Origin: an uncultured Planctomycetota bacterium
GTDB lineage: Bacteria; Planctomycetota; Planctomycetia; Isosphaerales; Isosphaeraceae
DNA length: 64,000 nucleotides
NCBI GenBank assembly: GCA_963823665.1
Contig: CAWGMQ010000007.1
Coordinates: forward strand, 576,001 to 640,000
Direction of reading: 5' to 3'
The notes beneath the pieces were generated by a model that searched no databases, was not told the DNA's origin, and was given only the letters and a program-made list of their open reading frames with translations. Position 1 is the stretch's first letter; each line of letters opens with the position of its first letter. Of the stretch, positions 34,914-45,042 are shown one piece after another. The position numbers and the translations under genes are program-made.

Positions 34914-37900
34914 TCATCGAGAAAACATCCCGTGGAAGTCACGCACCGTCCGCCCCGCCAGAGCCAGCCATCGGCCAAACCGATCCGGCTGGCTCGGTAG
35001 ACAGAGCAGATAGGCCGCAGCGATCGCCAGCTCCGTCGGCGGATCGGATTGGGCCCATGAAGCCCCCTGTTCCAGGTCCGCCAGTGCCAGGTCCCACTTC
35101 CTGAGCCGGATCGCCACACGGGCTCGCCCGAGATACGCCTGGGGCAACTCGGGGTCTCGCCGAAGCGCCAGCGTCCACTCCCGCAGCGCCGCGAAATCCT
35201 CTCCCAGCGCTTCCAGCGCGGCGGCCTTGTGCAGATGGATGCGGTCGAACGCACCCCGGTACATGGCGTCGTTGTAGCTCCGGACTGCCCCTGCCGCGTC
35301 GCCGGACGCAGCCTGAAGTATGCCACGCATCTCCAGCAGCCCAGGGTCGTTGGGTTCCAGTTGCAGGCCGCGCTCGACATCCTCCCGCGCGGGCCCGATT
35401 ACCGGCGAACGAGCTCACCCGCGCCCGGATGAGATAGGCTCGTGAAGATTGCGGTGCAGAGCCCAGCGCTCGCGTGGCCGCATCGAGCGCTTCTCGCCGT
35501 CGCCCCAGGGCCGCCAGCAGCACCGCACGATTCAGCGACTCGCGCAAGCTTGAGTCAGGCCGCGCAACGATAGTCTCTTCGAGCGCAGGCTAGGCCCGCG
35601 CGCACGTCCCTCGTCAAACGGCTTCCACCCACAGGGAAGGCAAGCACGTCTTCGGGTCGATCGAGCTGAAGGCTCCTGAACTGCCGGGCAGCCAGTAGCG
35701 CCCGCTGCCGCAGTCGCTCGTGCGCCGGGCTCGGGTGCTGACGCTGCGCTTCCTTCGCATCGGCGATCGCTTCGGTCGATCGACCCAGCAGCAAGAGCGC
35801 GAGCGCTCGCGCGGCCAGCACTTCGTGCCGGTTCTTGAGCTCGGTCTTGGCCTCCAGAAGTGCGGTGAAATCGATCAGCGCTCGGTCTGCCTGACCCAGC
35901 CTCAGCTCGAGCAATGCGCGGCTCTTGCGGGCAGTCGAGTCCGTCAGGTCTTCCAGGATGAGCGCGTCATACGCGCGCCGGGCCTTCTCGACCGCGCCCG
36001 ACTCGGCATCCATGTTTGCCTGGTTCAAACGGGCCGCTCGCGCGTAGAGGCCCGAATGGTCGGCCGCGATGATCAGCTCGCACTGGCGTCGCGCCTGCGA
36101 GAAGTCGCCCAGCTCTTGATAGAGATAGGCCAGCTCCAGACGCACCTGCGTTGCCTCGGGCCGGCCCTGAAGTGTCTCGAGGGCAATGCCGATGTCTTCG
36201 CGCGCCCGGTCCCACTGCCCACGCGCACGGTAGATTCTGGCCCTGCTGAAGAGAACCCAGGGCGATCGCGGCCGCAGCGAGCATGCGATGTTGTAACTGT
36301 TGAAAGCCTCGTCCGTTCGATCGGCCTTGTTCCGGAGATATCCCAGCAAGAACTGATACCAGTAGTTCTTACCTCCGTCGAGCCTGGTCGCTCGCTCGAG
36401 CCACTCGATCGCCCGCGATAGGCGTTCGGCTCGATATGCCAGAACTCCCCACTGAAAGCAGTCGAGCGCCTTGGTCACCGCCGTGACTTCGCGCGGCTCA
36501 TTGAGCTCGGATGCTCCCGCACGATCGCCCAGGTTGACCGCAGGGCCTGGGCCGACGGCCTTGCTCTCACGCAGCCGCGCCTCGAGCGCCCGCCACGGCG
36601 CCTTCGAGTCGACCCAACCAATCGCCTGTTCGCAGATCGCCACCACCGGCTCGAGCAGAACTTGATTCTCACCCGGGCCCGGCTTGCCGTCTGAACTTGT
36701 GCTGTTCCACGCCGATTCGTCGATCGTCGCCATCCAGAGGAACAGCAGCTCGTTCACGTCGTTCACGATGCGCACCCGGCGAGCGTCGTCCAGGAGGTTC
36801 ATCGTAATGCCGAGCTTGGTCCAGTCGTCGCTTTCCAGAACGAAGAATGGGCCCAGAACTCGCTGAAGCTCGACCGTCGCCTCGTTGAGCTCGGCTCCTT
36901 CGTCCAGCAGAAGCTGAAAGCGAAGGTCGTCGGCGGCCTGAAAAAGCGCGTCGGCTTGCTTTTGCATCTGCCCGGCGCGTTCCGCTAACTGCGATTTCTC
37001 GGCCGCTCGTGCCCCCAGACTTTCGGGCGTATCGAGCGTGCTCAGGTCCTCGATCTTCGATTTCAATTGGGTCGTGATCTGGCCGATGCCCTCCACCCTG
37101 CTCAGGTAGCTCCACGGCGTCACGTTCGACCTCGCCGCAAATTCGGCTGCGTCGTCGAAGTGGGTCTTGGCGTCGGAGAAATCCCGGTGATCGAAGGCCG
37201 CCTGGCCCATTTCGAGCTTGTCCCGGGCCTGCCGCAGCAGGTTGGACTGCTGAATCCGCAGCCCGAGCCCCCCGGCGAGCAAAGCCGAGACCACGATGAA
37301 AACCGCTGCCGCGATTGTGATCCGCCTCCGGCGGCGGCGGATCCAGGATCCTGCGCGATAAAGCCAGAGCTCCCGGGTGTGGGGAAGGGGCAGATCGTCC
37401 GCGACGGCCTGCAGGTCTTCGGCCATTTGAGATGCACGCTGGTAGCGGTATTCCGGCTCGGGCTCGAGCGCCCGCCTGATCACCTGCTCGAGAGCAGCCG
37501 GGATTTCCGGATGCCGGTCGCGCAGCCGCGGCAGCGGGCGAAGCCGCAGGTCGGCCGCGCGATTCAGCAGGTCGATCATCGATCCGCCCCGGCGCAGCGA
37601 GGCAAACGGCCGCTTTCCGGTCAGCGCCTCAAAAAGAACCACGCCCAGACTGTAGATGTCAGCCCGGGCATCGACCTCGTCCGAGCTACCTTCGGCCAGG
37701 GCCTTCAACTGCTCCCGCGGCATGTAGTCGATCGTTCCCCCGAGCGTCGGCTCTCCCCCGCGTGTTCCGTCCTCGAAGAAGGGCTCGCGCGCCAGATTAA
37801 AATCCAGCAGCATCGGCATGCCGTCGGCTGTGACCAGGACATTCGACGGCTTGAGGTCGCGGTGCAGAACGCCCCGGTCATGAGCGTGATAGAGCGCCTC

Positions 37901-38821
37901 GGCCAGCCGCGCCCCCCACCACGCGATCGCCTGCGGATAAGATCGTTGCTCGAGCGCCTCCCGGCTGCTCGAGTGCGGCGACGACGGAACTCCGCCAGGC
38001 TCGAGCCGGTCCAGTGCACGGGCCACGGTTTCGCCCGATGTCGCCGTTTGCACCTCCGGGTCGGCCAGTATCCGCGCCAGAGTCAACCGCCCAAAGTAGG
38101 GCATGCAGAGCAAATGGAGCCCCGTCGCCGAGTCGACGCGATGCGAATACACCGGCACGATGTGCGTGTGCTGGAGGCGGGCAAGCGTTTGCGGCTCGCG
38201 CGAGCCGCGGCGCGATACCTTCAGAGCAACCGGCCGGTCCGCAAGCTGCCGCTCCTTGGCCAGAAACACCCGGGCGAACGCTCCTCTTCCCAGCTCCTCC
38301 ACCAGCGAGAATCCACCGATCGTCTGGCCGGCCTCCGGCAAGATCGCCGTTCCTGCGGTCGCTGGGTCGCCCAGCGAATTCGGGCTCACCGTCGCCGGAG
38401 TTCCCGACCCCACGAGTTCGTGAATCTCCAGCACCCGCGCCAGCGACCCGGATACTCCCGGGTAACGGGCAAGATACTCGGCGGCAGACGGATGTTCGTC
38501 GTCTTCCTCCCGGAGACAGAACTCCTCGTACACAAGCGCAACGATCGTGTCTTCGCCAAGGTCCGAGTAGCGGTCCAGATACCACTGCGCAGGCACCTTC
38601 TCGCCGGTCTCCCATCGCAGCGCCATGTCCGCACGCAACACCGCCAGCCGTGCCCCCGGACCGTCGCTCGAATCGCCGGCCCTGACCACATAGATCTGGA
38701 GACTCGGCCGCCTTCCGGCCCGGTCCGAATCACGCCAGGCTTGCTCATATTCTCGGGCCAGGAGGACTGCGGCGGGCGAGGCTGCCTCTTCCCACGTCCG
38801 CCGGCCGGCGGACAGATTCAT
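34914..38821 (-). CDS. Membrane Ser/Thr kinase with TPR repeats; frameshifts near 35590 and 35380
   Basis: GRGAFARVF, VALK, HRDLKPSN, DFNLA, TM helix, TPRs; ATG overlaps the stop of the upstream ECF gene. Confidence 0.9.
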
Positions 38822-39426
38822 CCCGGGCTCTCCCACTCCGTCTCCATGCGCCGGCGCAGCTCCTCGAGAACACGCTGCACAGTACGTTCGCTCATCCCCA
38901 GTCGCTCGCCGATGTCCTTGCTCGAATATCCCTCGGCTTTCAACACCAGGATCGATCGCTTTTCCTCAGGCACCAGCTCCCGCATCCGCCCCAGCGTCTC
39001 GTGCGCCTCCGCCACCTCACTCGGAGTATCATTCGAGGCGGCAACTTCCCGAGGGCGGTTTCCATCCGCCCAGAGCGGCTCCTCCCGGTGCATATTCTGT
39101 TTGTGGCTGGCTGCTCGGCGGTACTCGTCTATCACTTTATTCTTCGCAGCCCGCGCCAGAAATGCGACAAGATGACGCGAATCCTCGAATTCAGTCGGAG
39201 AAGTACGCATCCGCCGAAAAAAACTTCCCCACACGCTTTGCAGAAAGTCGAGCGAGTCGAACCGCGATCGCAGCAACCGCGGCAACTGTCGCCTCACCAC
39301 CAGGCGGACCTCCGCCTCGAATCGCTGCAAAAGCTCGCGCGCAGCTCCCTCGTCTCCAGCCTGGATCCGCTTCAAGAAATCAGAAATCCCGGTCTCACCG
39401 CCGGAAAGCTGTTCGTCCTGCGACAT
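38818..39426 (-). CDS. ECF sigma-70 factor (planctomycete kinase-associated type)
   Basis: RSRFDSLDFLQSVWGSFF, AKNKVIDEYRR, GYSSKDIGERLGMSERTVQR. Confidence 0.9.
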   Translation of the reverse strand: MSQDEQLSGGETGISDFLKRIQAGDEGAARELLQRFEAEVRLVVRRQLPRLLRSRFDSLDFLQSVWGSFFRRMRTSPTEFEDSRHLVAFLARAAKNKVIDEYRRAASHKQNMHREEPLWADGNRPREVAASNDTPSEVAEAHETLGRMRELVPEEKRSILVLKAEGYSSKDIGERLGMSERTVQRVLEELRRRMETEWESPG

Positions 39427-39674
39427 TAGTACGCCGCCCCCACCCGGTCGACAGGCATCGCTCCTCCGCGTCCCTCACGTCCCTGCTTCCGACACGAATG
39501 ATCGCTGTCGCCCATCAGCCGCCAGCGTAACCCGGAGCCCGCTCTCATGGCAAGCGAACCACTCATATACCATCCATCCATTCTTGCATTGAATTATAGC
39601 TTCCCGCGTCGCGAATCTCTAGCGGATTCTAGCTCCGCCTTTCAGCCCGGCGTCCCCCCCGCACGTCGGAGCCG

Positions 39675-39835
39675 CCGCTCGAATCGCTACCGCCGTGCCG
39701 GATAGTCGCCTTTTGCTCCGCGAAAGTGCATCCCCTCTTGAATCCCAAGCGTCGTGCCGCATAGTCGCCTTTCGCCCCGCGAAAGTGCGTCCCCGCTCCT
39801 CGCAGCGACCGCTCGAATCGCTACCGTTGTGCCGG
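39675..39835. repeat. Two GTCGCCTTT(T/C)GC(T/C)CCGCGAAAGTGC REP-like units between a duplicated 27-bp gene end
   Basis: Units at ~39704 and ~39763; CCGCTCGAATCGCTACCGnnGTGCCGG at 39675 and 39809. Confidence 0.7.
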
Positions 39836-41062
39836 CGCAGGGCATTGCGGCATGGAAGCCAATGACGTGTTGAACTTTTGATCGATCTGATCGCGCGCAC
39901 TTTTATACAGCAGCCGCTCAAATTCATCGGAGCGCTCCGGGCTCACCGCGACCCGGGTTGCCAGGTAAGCCGGCAGCCCTGGAAGCGGCACCACACTCCG
40001 CGCCCGTGGACTCGTCCGCCAGATTTCGCGTTTTCCCTGGGTCACGAGCAGGTCGATGTGGATCAGCGTCAATCGGTTTTCCGATGAAAAATAGTTGTCC
40101 GCCTTCTTCTCGTCCACGTCCAATCTCGCCTCGAACGGCGACTTGGGCCATGCGTCCCGCCAGACCGAGTCCCCCCGCCGCGGCAGGTAGCCCTTGGCTA
40201 CGAGCGCCCGTTCCAGCACCGGAACCAGCTCCGATACGTAGCTGTTCGATCCGTACACGAAATTCCCAGGCCGGACGATCACCCCGATACCCGCCGTCCC
40301 GACCAGATCGTTCACCAGTGATTCCGCCGCCTTGCGGGTCTCCGGCTCCGCCTCCTTCGAAAAATGCTTCAGAAGCGCCCCCACACGATCACAAGCATCC
40401 ATCGAGCTGCTCACATTCCCCGACTCGAAAAGCTGACGCCCGAGAGCCAGCTCACGCTTGGCCTCCTCCTGGAGCGACTTCTGGAATTCTTCTTCGATCC
40501 GCGGCGCGAGCGGGGCCAGATCCGCGTCGCGAACAGCCCAGGCGATCAAGTTGAGCCAGTCTCCCAGACGGAAAGTCGACGATGGTTCCCCGCACAAGCC
40601 CGCCAGCCGCGAGCCCGCAACCCGCCGCGCCAGTAGGCCACGCGCGCTCCGCTCTTGCTCGCGCCGCCTCACCCAGGCCGGGCCCGCCTTGTCGGCAAGC
40701 TCGAGCGCGGCGTCCAGATCGATCAGCGCTTCGCTGATCCGCCCGTCCGACTCGTGACGCCCCGACGTCGCGAGCAACTCGTTGATGGCCCGGTCCTGGA
40801 TCGAGCTCGACCGTCTCCGCAGCATTTCGACGGCCCCGGCCGTCACGACTACGACCAGCACCAGACCAAGGAGTGCCCATGCCCAGCCGACCCATTTCGG
40901 GCGCGCGTACCGACGGCGCTTCCACGACGGGCCCGCGGCGCGCGGCAGATACGGAACCTCCAGCAGCCGATGGCAGAAGCCGCATCGAACCTGCCGGCCA
41001 GGAGCGAGACCGTCCATCTCCACATCCGAGCCGCATTCAGGACAGGCAAACGCCCCATCCAT
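39821..41062 (-). CDS. Hypothetical protein with N-terminal zinc ribbon and one TM helix
   Basis: FACPECG...VRCGFC, then a hydrophobic helix. Confidence 0.8.
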   Translation of the reverse strand: MDGAFACPECGSDVEMDGLAPGRQVRCGFCHRLLEVPYLPRAAGPSWKRRRYARPKWVGWAWALLGLVLVVVVTAGAVEMLRRRSSSIQDRAINELLATSGRHESDGRISEALIDLDAALELADKAGPAWVRRREQERSARGLLARRVAGSRLAGLCGEPSSTFRLGDWLNLIAWAVRDADLAPLAPRIEEEFQKSLQEEAKRELALGRQLFESGNVSSSMDACDRVGALLKHFSKEAEPETRKAAESLVNDLVGTAGIGVIVRPGNFVYGSNSYVSELVPVLERALVAKGYLPRRGDSVWRDAWPKSPFEARLDVDEKKADNYFSSENRLTLIHIDLLVTQGKREIWRTSPRARSVVPLPGLPAYLATRVAVSPERSDEFERLLYKSARDQIDQKFNTSLASMPQCPAPAQR

Positions 41063-41238
41063 CCTCGAGGGTCTCCCCGACCGTGGTTGAGTGCGCCCGG
41101 AACCCGCGTGCGGGCCGCTACTTCCAGGATACACTCCGTTCGAGGTCCTTTGGAGAGCGCACCGCCGAAACCGCTGCCGGCGCCAGCCCGCTCGACATCG
41201 TCCTTCAGTCGCCACCTCGCGAGAAGGGCCGCTTCCGC

Positions 41239-42024
41239 TCAATAGCTCGGGCTCGCCGTGCAGTGGCCCATCAGCCAGGTGTCAACGTCCGAGAGCATCG
41301 CATTCGACAACCGGTGTGCGCTTGGGTACGACTGAAACGCAACTCGCAATCCACCCGCCCGAAGTGTGCCCACGTTCTGCCGGGCATCCGCCAGCGGGAC
41401 CTTCGTGTTCCAGGCGCCATGCACGACCAGCACCGCCAGATTGCGACATGCCTTCAACCTGGACAGTGGCCGCAAACCCACCGGAAGCCAGCCGTTGATC
41501 GCCACCACGCCCGCAAACCGCTCCGGGAAGCTCATCCCCAGCCAGTACGCCACCGCCGCACCCTCCCCGCAGCCAACCAGGAAGATGCGCTCGGAATGCG
41601 TGTGCAGCAGCCGCCGCGTCTGCAGGATCGACTCGAACACCGACTCTTCCAATCGCTCGATCGCCTCCGGCTCGGCGCCGAAAAACGCCCGGCGCACCAC
41701 CTCACCCTCCGGGACTGTCGCACCCGCTCGCACTCGCTTCCGCCCTGCCTGCTCAAACTCGGGCCCCCATCCGAACCCCGCCATGCGATCGCGCTTGATC
41801 ACCGGCTCCGGTCCACGCAGCCCCAGTCCAATGTAATTCCGCCACGACACCGCCGGCATCGCTCGGACAAGCTGATCCTCGTCTCCACCCCGTGCGTGAA
41901 AATGAACCAGCAACGGATACGGATAGTTCGGTTCATACTCTCGCGGGATGAACCTCGCCTCAACCAGCGGGCTGGGAGCCGATGTTGTGGCGTTCGATGG
42001 TGCTTGCAGCCGGTCGAAACTCAT
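41239..42024 (-). CDS. Phospholipase/carboxylesterase-like alpha/beta hydrolase lacking the canonical nucleophile
   Basis: YPLLVHFHARGGDE, RIFLVGCGEGA, FAGVVAING, VLVVHGAWN, SAH. Confidence 0.8.
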   Translation of the reverse strand: MSFDRLQAPSNATTSAPSPLVEARFIPREYEPNYPYPLLVHFHARGGDEDQLVRAMPAVSWRNYIGLGLRGPEPVIKRDRMAGFGWGPEFEQAGRKRVRAGATVPEGEVVRRAFFGAEPEAIERLEESVFESILQTRRLLHTHSERIFLVGCGEGAAVAYWLGMSFPERFAGVVAINGWLPVGLRPLSRLKACRNLAVLVVHGAWNTKVPLADARQNVGTLRAGGLRVAFQSYPSAHRLSNAMLSDVDTWLMGHCTASPSY

Positions 42025-42390
42025 CTCAGGCGAACCTCCTGCTGATCGAGAGCCAAGCGAACAACTCGTCGCATCTCATGAGCCAGATCCCGCACCCGGG
42101 CTCCTTTGCCTAGCTTGCCTCGCCAGGCAACTTCAAGTGGTGCCAAGCATAGCTTGCGCGAATCCCGCCTTCAACCAGTAAAACCCTGTGTTATTTCCAA
42201 TTTTGTCTCAAGTTTTTGGAGATGGGAACCGAAACTCCCGTAATTCGACGGAAGATGCTTGGATTATGCGGGTTGCACCTGCGCTTGTCGCCGCTTACTG
42301 GGCATATTGGTCGCTCGAACCGTCATACACCCATCATTTTCTCGAAGTCGATTTCGTTCGTTGATCTGGCCGTCCGGCAGGGCGGTTAGC

Positions 42391-43962
42391 TCACACGAAC
42401 TTTTTAATCAGATTGTTCACCTTGGTCGGAAGCTCCGTGAGTTGATGAACGATCGAAGGTTCCGTCTTGGGCGCTTTGCGATGCAGCTTCTTGAGTGGTT
42501 GTTCCGCGGCCAGTTTCGCTCGCGCGGCCGCGCGTTTGGGATGAGGCTTGGTCACAGGCGCCGGCTGCGCCTTGAGCGACGGCAACGTGTTGGGAGATGC
42601 GGCCGTCGGCACGACGCTGGTGCCGTTCGTGCCCGGCAACCGGACCACAATTGGCCCCGATTCTCCCAGGTTGTTGCTGATCAGGCTCTCGTTGACCGTG
42701 TTCTCCGCATCCACGATCACCGCGATCCGGGCGTATCCCACGCTGTTCAGGTTCATCCCCGCGGGCACGCGCGTCGGAAGCTGCAGCGTCTGGACCAGGG
42801 GCTGGTTATACCCGGCCGCCAGGCTCGGTATCTGTGCGTCACCCAGGAAAATGCCCTGGTTGACCTGGCCGTTCTCCCCGATCAGCAGGAATCGCACCGT
42901 GAACGGCCCGGCGTCACCGGTACCCAGGTTCTGCACCGTCGTCGTCACCTGGAACGTCTCGCCCCATGACAGAGCGTTCGTTGACATGAGCACCGAGGCA
43001 GCCGCCAGGTCCGGCAGCGCCGGCGTGGTCGCCGCTGTCGTCGTGGATGGGTTGATCGTCATGTTGACCAGGTCGTAGCCAAGTCCCACCGACGGCAAAT
43101 GCGGGTAAAGCGAGTTCGTCACGTAGTCGGCGTCCTGGATCATCGACAGCGTGAACGCCGTGTTGCCGCTGTTGTTGAGCAGGACGGGAACGTTGGCCGG
43201 TAGCGTGATGGTCTGCACTAGGTTCACGGTCTGATACGCCGGGATCGGCGGGACGGCGAGACTGCCGATCGACACGTCATTCGGCCACGTAGGGGCCGTG
43301 CCCGTCGGTGTCAGAACGAGGAGCGCCCGCGTCGCCGGTGAGCTTCCGGCGCCCGCATTTCGCACCTGTGCCGTCACCGTGACTGTCGAGCCCCACGTCG
43401 TGGTCGGCGCCGAAACCGCCAGCGTGCTTCCCAGCAGCTCCGAGGGCTGGTTCGGCGTGATCACGATATAAGATGACTCGTACGGAATACCCACCCCCGA
43501 GCTGGTTCGCCGATTGAGGTCCGGTACGCTGTCCGTTGGATCGATTTTCTCGTCGATGTAGACGATGCCGCCCGTACCGCTCACGCCCGGAATCGGTGTG
43601 GCCGGCAGCTTCACCGTCGTGCTGAACGGCACCGACTGCCCCGGCTCGATGCCGGCGGGAATCGTCACGTCGCCGATTTCCACCGCATATCGGCCGATCG
43701 CCTGCGACGGCGAGGCATACAGTGCCACGTCGAACGGCACATTCACAGCGGTGCCGCCCTGGTTCACGATTGTGCCCTGAACGCTGACGGTGTCATTCCA
43801 GTCGGCAGCATGCGTCGTCACGAGCGAAGAGCCGGCAAGTTCCGCAGCGGGAGGGGGGCTCGTGAGCAGCTCGCGCCGTTCCAGCGAATCAAACTTGAGG
43901 ATGATCGGACCGCGGCCCCAGGCGCGACGTCGGCCAGCAGCCCGGCGGTTAAGGGTCGGCAT
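42391..43962 (-). CDS. Secreted CARDB/Ig-fold repeat protein with LExRxLL motif
   Basis: LERRELLT; three units with V.N.G...A and ending VDAENTVNESLISNN; GGAGGAG RBS. Confidence 0.85.
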   Translation of the reverse strand: MPTLNRRAAGRRRAWGRGPIILKFDSLERRELLTSPPPAAELAGSSLVTTHAADWNDTVSVQGTIVNQGGTAVNVPFDVALYASPSQAIGRYAVEIGDVTIPAGIEPGQSVPFSTTVKLPATPIPGVSGTGGIVYIDEKIDPTDSVPDLNRRTSSGVGIPYESSYIVITPNQPSELLGSTLAVSAPTTTWGSTVTVTAQVRNAGAGSSPATRALLVLTPTGTAPTWPNDVSIGSLAVPPIPAYQTVNLVQTITLPANVPVLLNNSGNTAFTLSMIQDADYVTNSLYPHLPSVGLGYDLVNMTINPSTTTAATTPALPDLAAASVLMSTNALSWGETFQVTTTVQNLGTGDAGPFTVRFLLIGENGQVNQGIFLGDAQIPSLAAGYNQPLVQTLQLPTRVPAGMNLNSVGYARIAVIVDAENTVNESLISNNLGESGPIVVRLPGTNGTSVVPTAASPNTLPSLKAQPAPVTKPHPKRAAARAKLAAEQPLKKLHRKAPKTEPSIVHQLTELPTKVNNLIKKFV

Positions 43963-44237
43963 GAAATTCGTCTCCTCCATGAGATCGCGGCCAAGGCAAC
44001 CGCTTCCGGCGGGCCCCGCCCGGCAACTACTGCAACCGGCGAGCCAAGCCATCGGTCCGGTCTGCCGGCGCAAGCTTTCGCTCAAACCCGTCCCTGGGTT
44101 CTCGCAAACCTTAATCACGCCCGCCGATTCGGTCAAGCCCGGCTGCACGGAATTGAGACGCCCCATTTGGCGCGTTATAAAAGTGGATTCCCGATTTCGC
44201 AACGTTCAAGCCACCTCAGGCCAGGAGTACCGTTTCC

Positions 44238-44675
44238 ATGTACCGCGCACTGTTGACAAGCGTGTTCGCGCTGGTTCTGATCTCGGCCACTGGCGGCCCT
44301 GACAAGTCCAAAGCATCCACCGAGGCACCCCCCGTGGCCAACCGAGTGTTTGAGCTCCGCACGTACTACACCAACGAAGGAAAGCTCGACGACCTCCACA
44401 AGCGCTTCCGCGACCACACGTGCGCTCTCTTGAAAAAGCACGGCGCCGAGCTGATCGGCTTCTGGACCCCGCTCGACGACGACAAGGGCAAGGGTAGCAA
44501 GCTCGTGTACCTGGTCGCCTTCCCGAGCCGCGAGGCCGCCAAGAAGACCTGGGAAGAATTCGGAAATGACCCTGAGTGGAAAAAGGTCTACGAGGAGAGC
44601 CACAAGAATGGAAAGCTGGTGGACAAGGTCGACTCCGTGTTCATGGAGCCGACCGACTACAGCGAAATGAAGTAA
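44238..44675 (+). CDS. NIPSNAP-family protein with signal peptide
   Basis: VFELRTYYTNEGKLDDLHKRFRDHT...LVYLVAFPSREAAKKTW...DPEW...PTDYS. Confidence 0.92.
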   Translation: MYRALLTSVFALVLISATGGPDKSKASTEAPPVANRVFELRTYYTNEGKLDDLHKRFRDHTCALLKKHGAELIGFWTPLDDDKGKGSKLVYLVAFPSREAAKKTWEEFGNDPEWKKVYEESHKNGKLVDKVDSVFMEPTDYSEMK

Positions 44676-44950
44676 GCAGCGGCTACTTATAATATGGGCG
44701 CTATTTGCGGAATCGGCCGGTCATTCCGCAAAGAAAGTCCGGCTGTGTGAACGCAAATCCTTTGCAGCACCGCGAATAGGGCGGCGAAGAAATCGTACAG
44801 ATGAGCCCGTCGATCGCGCGAACTAGCATTCCTCCCCCTCTCGTGGCGGAGGTCCCACCTCCCGGCGGCGGTGCGGGGCTGTCGCAGAGGGAAGGCCTGG
44901 CATCCCAAGTGCGTTCGGATCTCCGGTACTGCTCCAGCGTAAACCCCGCG

Positions 44951-44990
44951 CCTCCCTTTCCCCCCTTGCAAAGGGGGGGCCAGGGGGGTG
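44951..44990. repeat. GC-rich REP-like hairpin
   Basis: CCCCCCTTGCAAAGGGGGGGCCAGGGGGG. Confidence 0.55.
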
Positions 44991-45042
44991 AAGGGCGTCA
45001 CCCACAGTGATCCGCTCGCCGCGCATCAGAACTCACATCAAC

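Noticed and set aside
37067..39175. 702-aa plus-strand ORF
   Set aside because: Antisense shadow of the kinase and ECF genes
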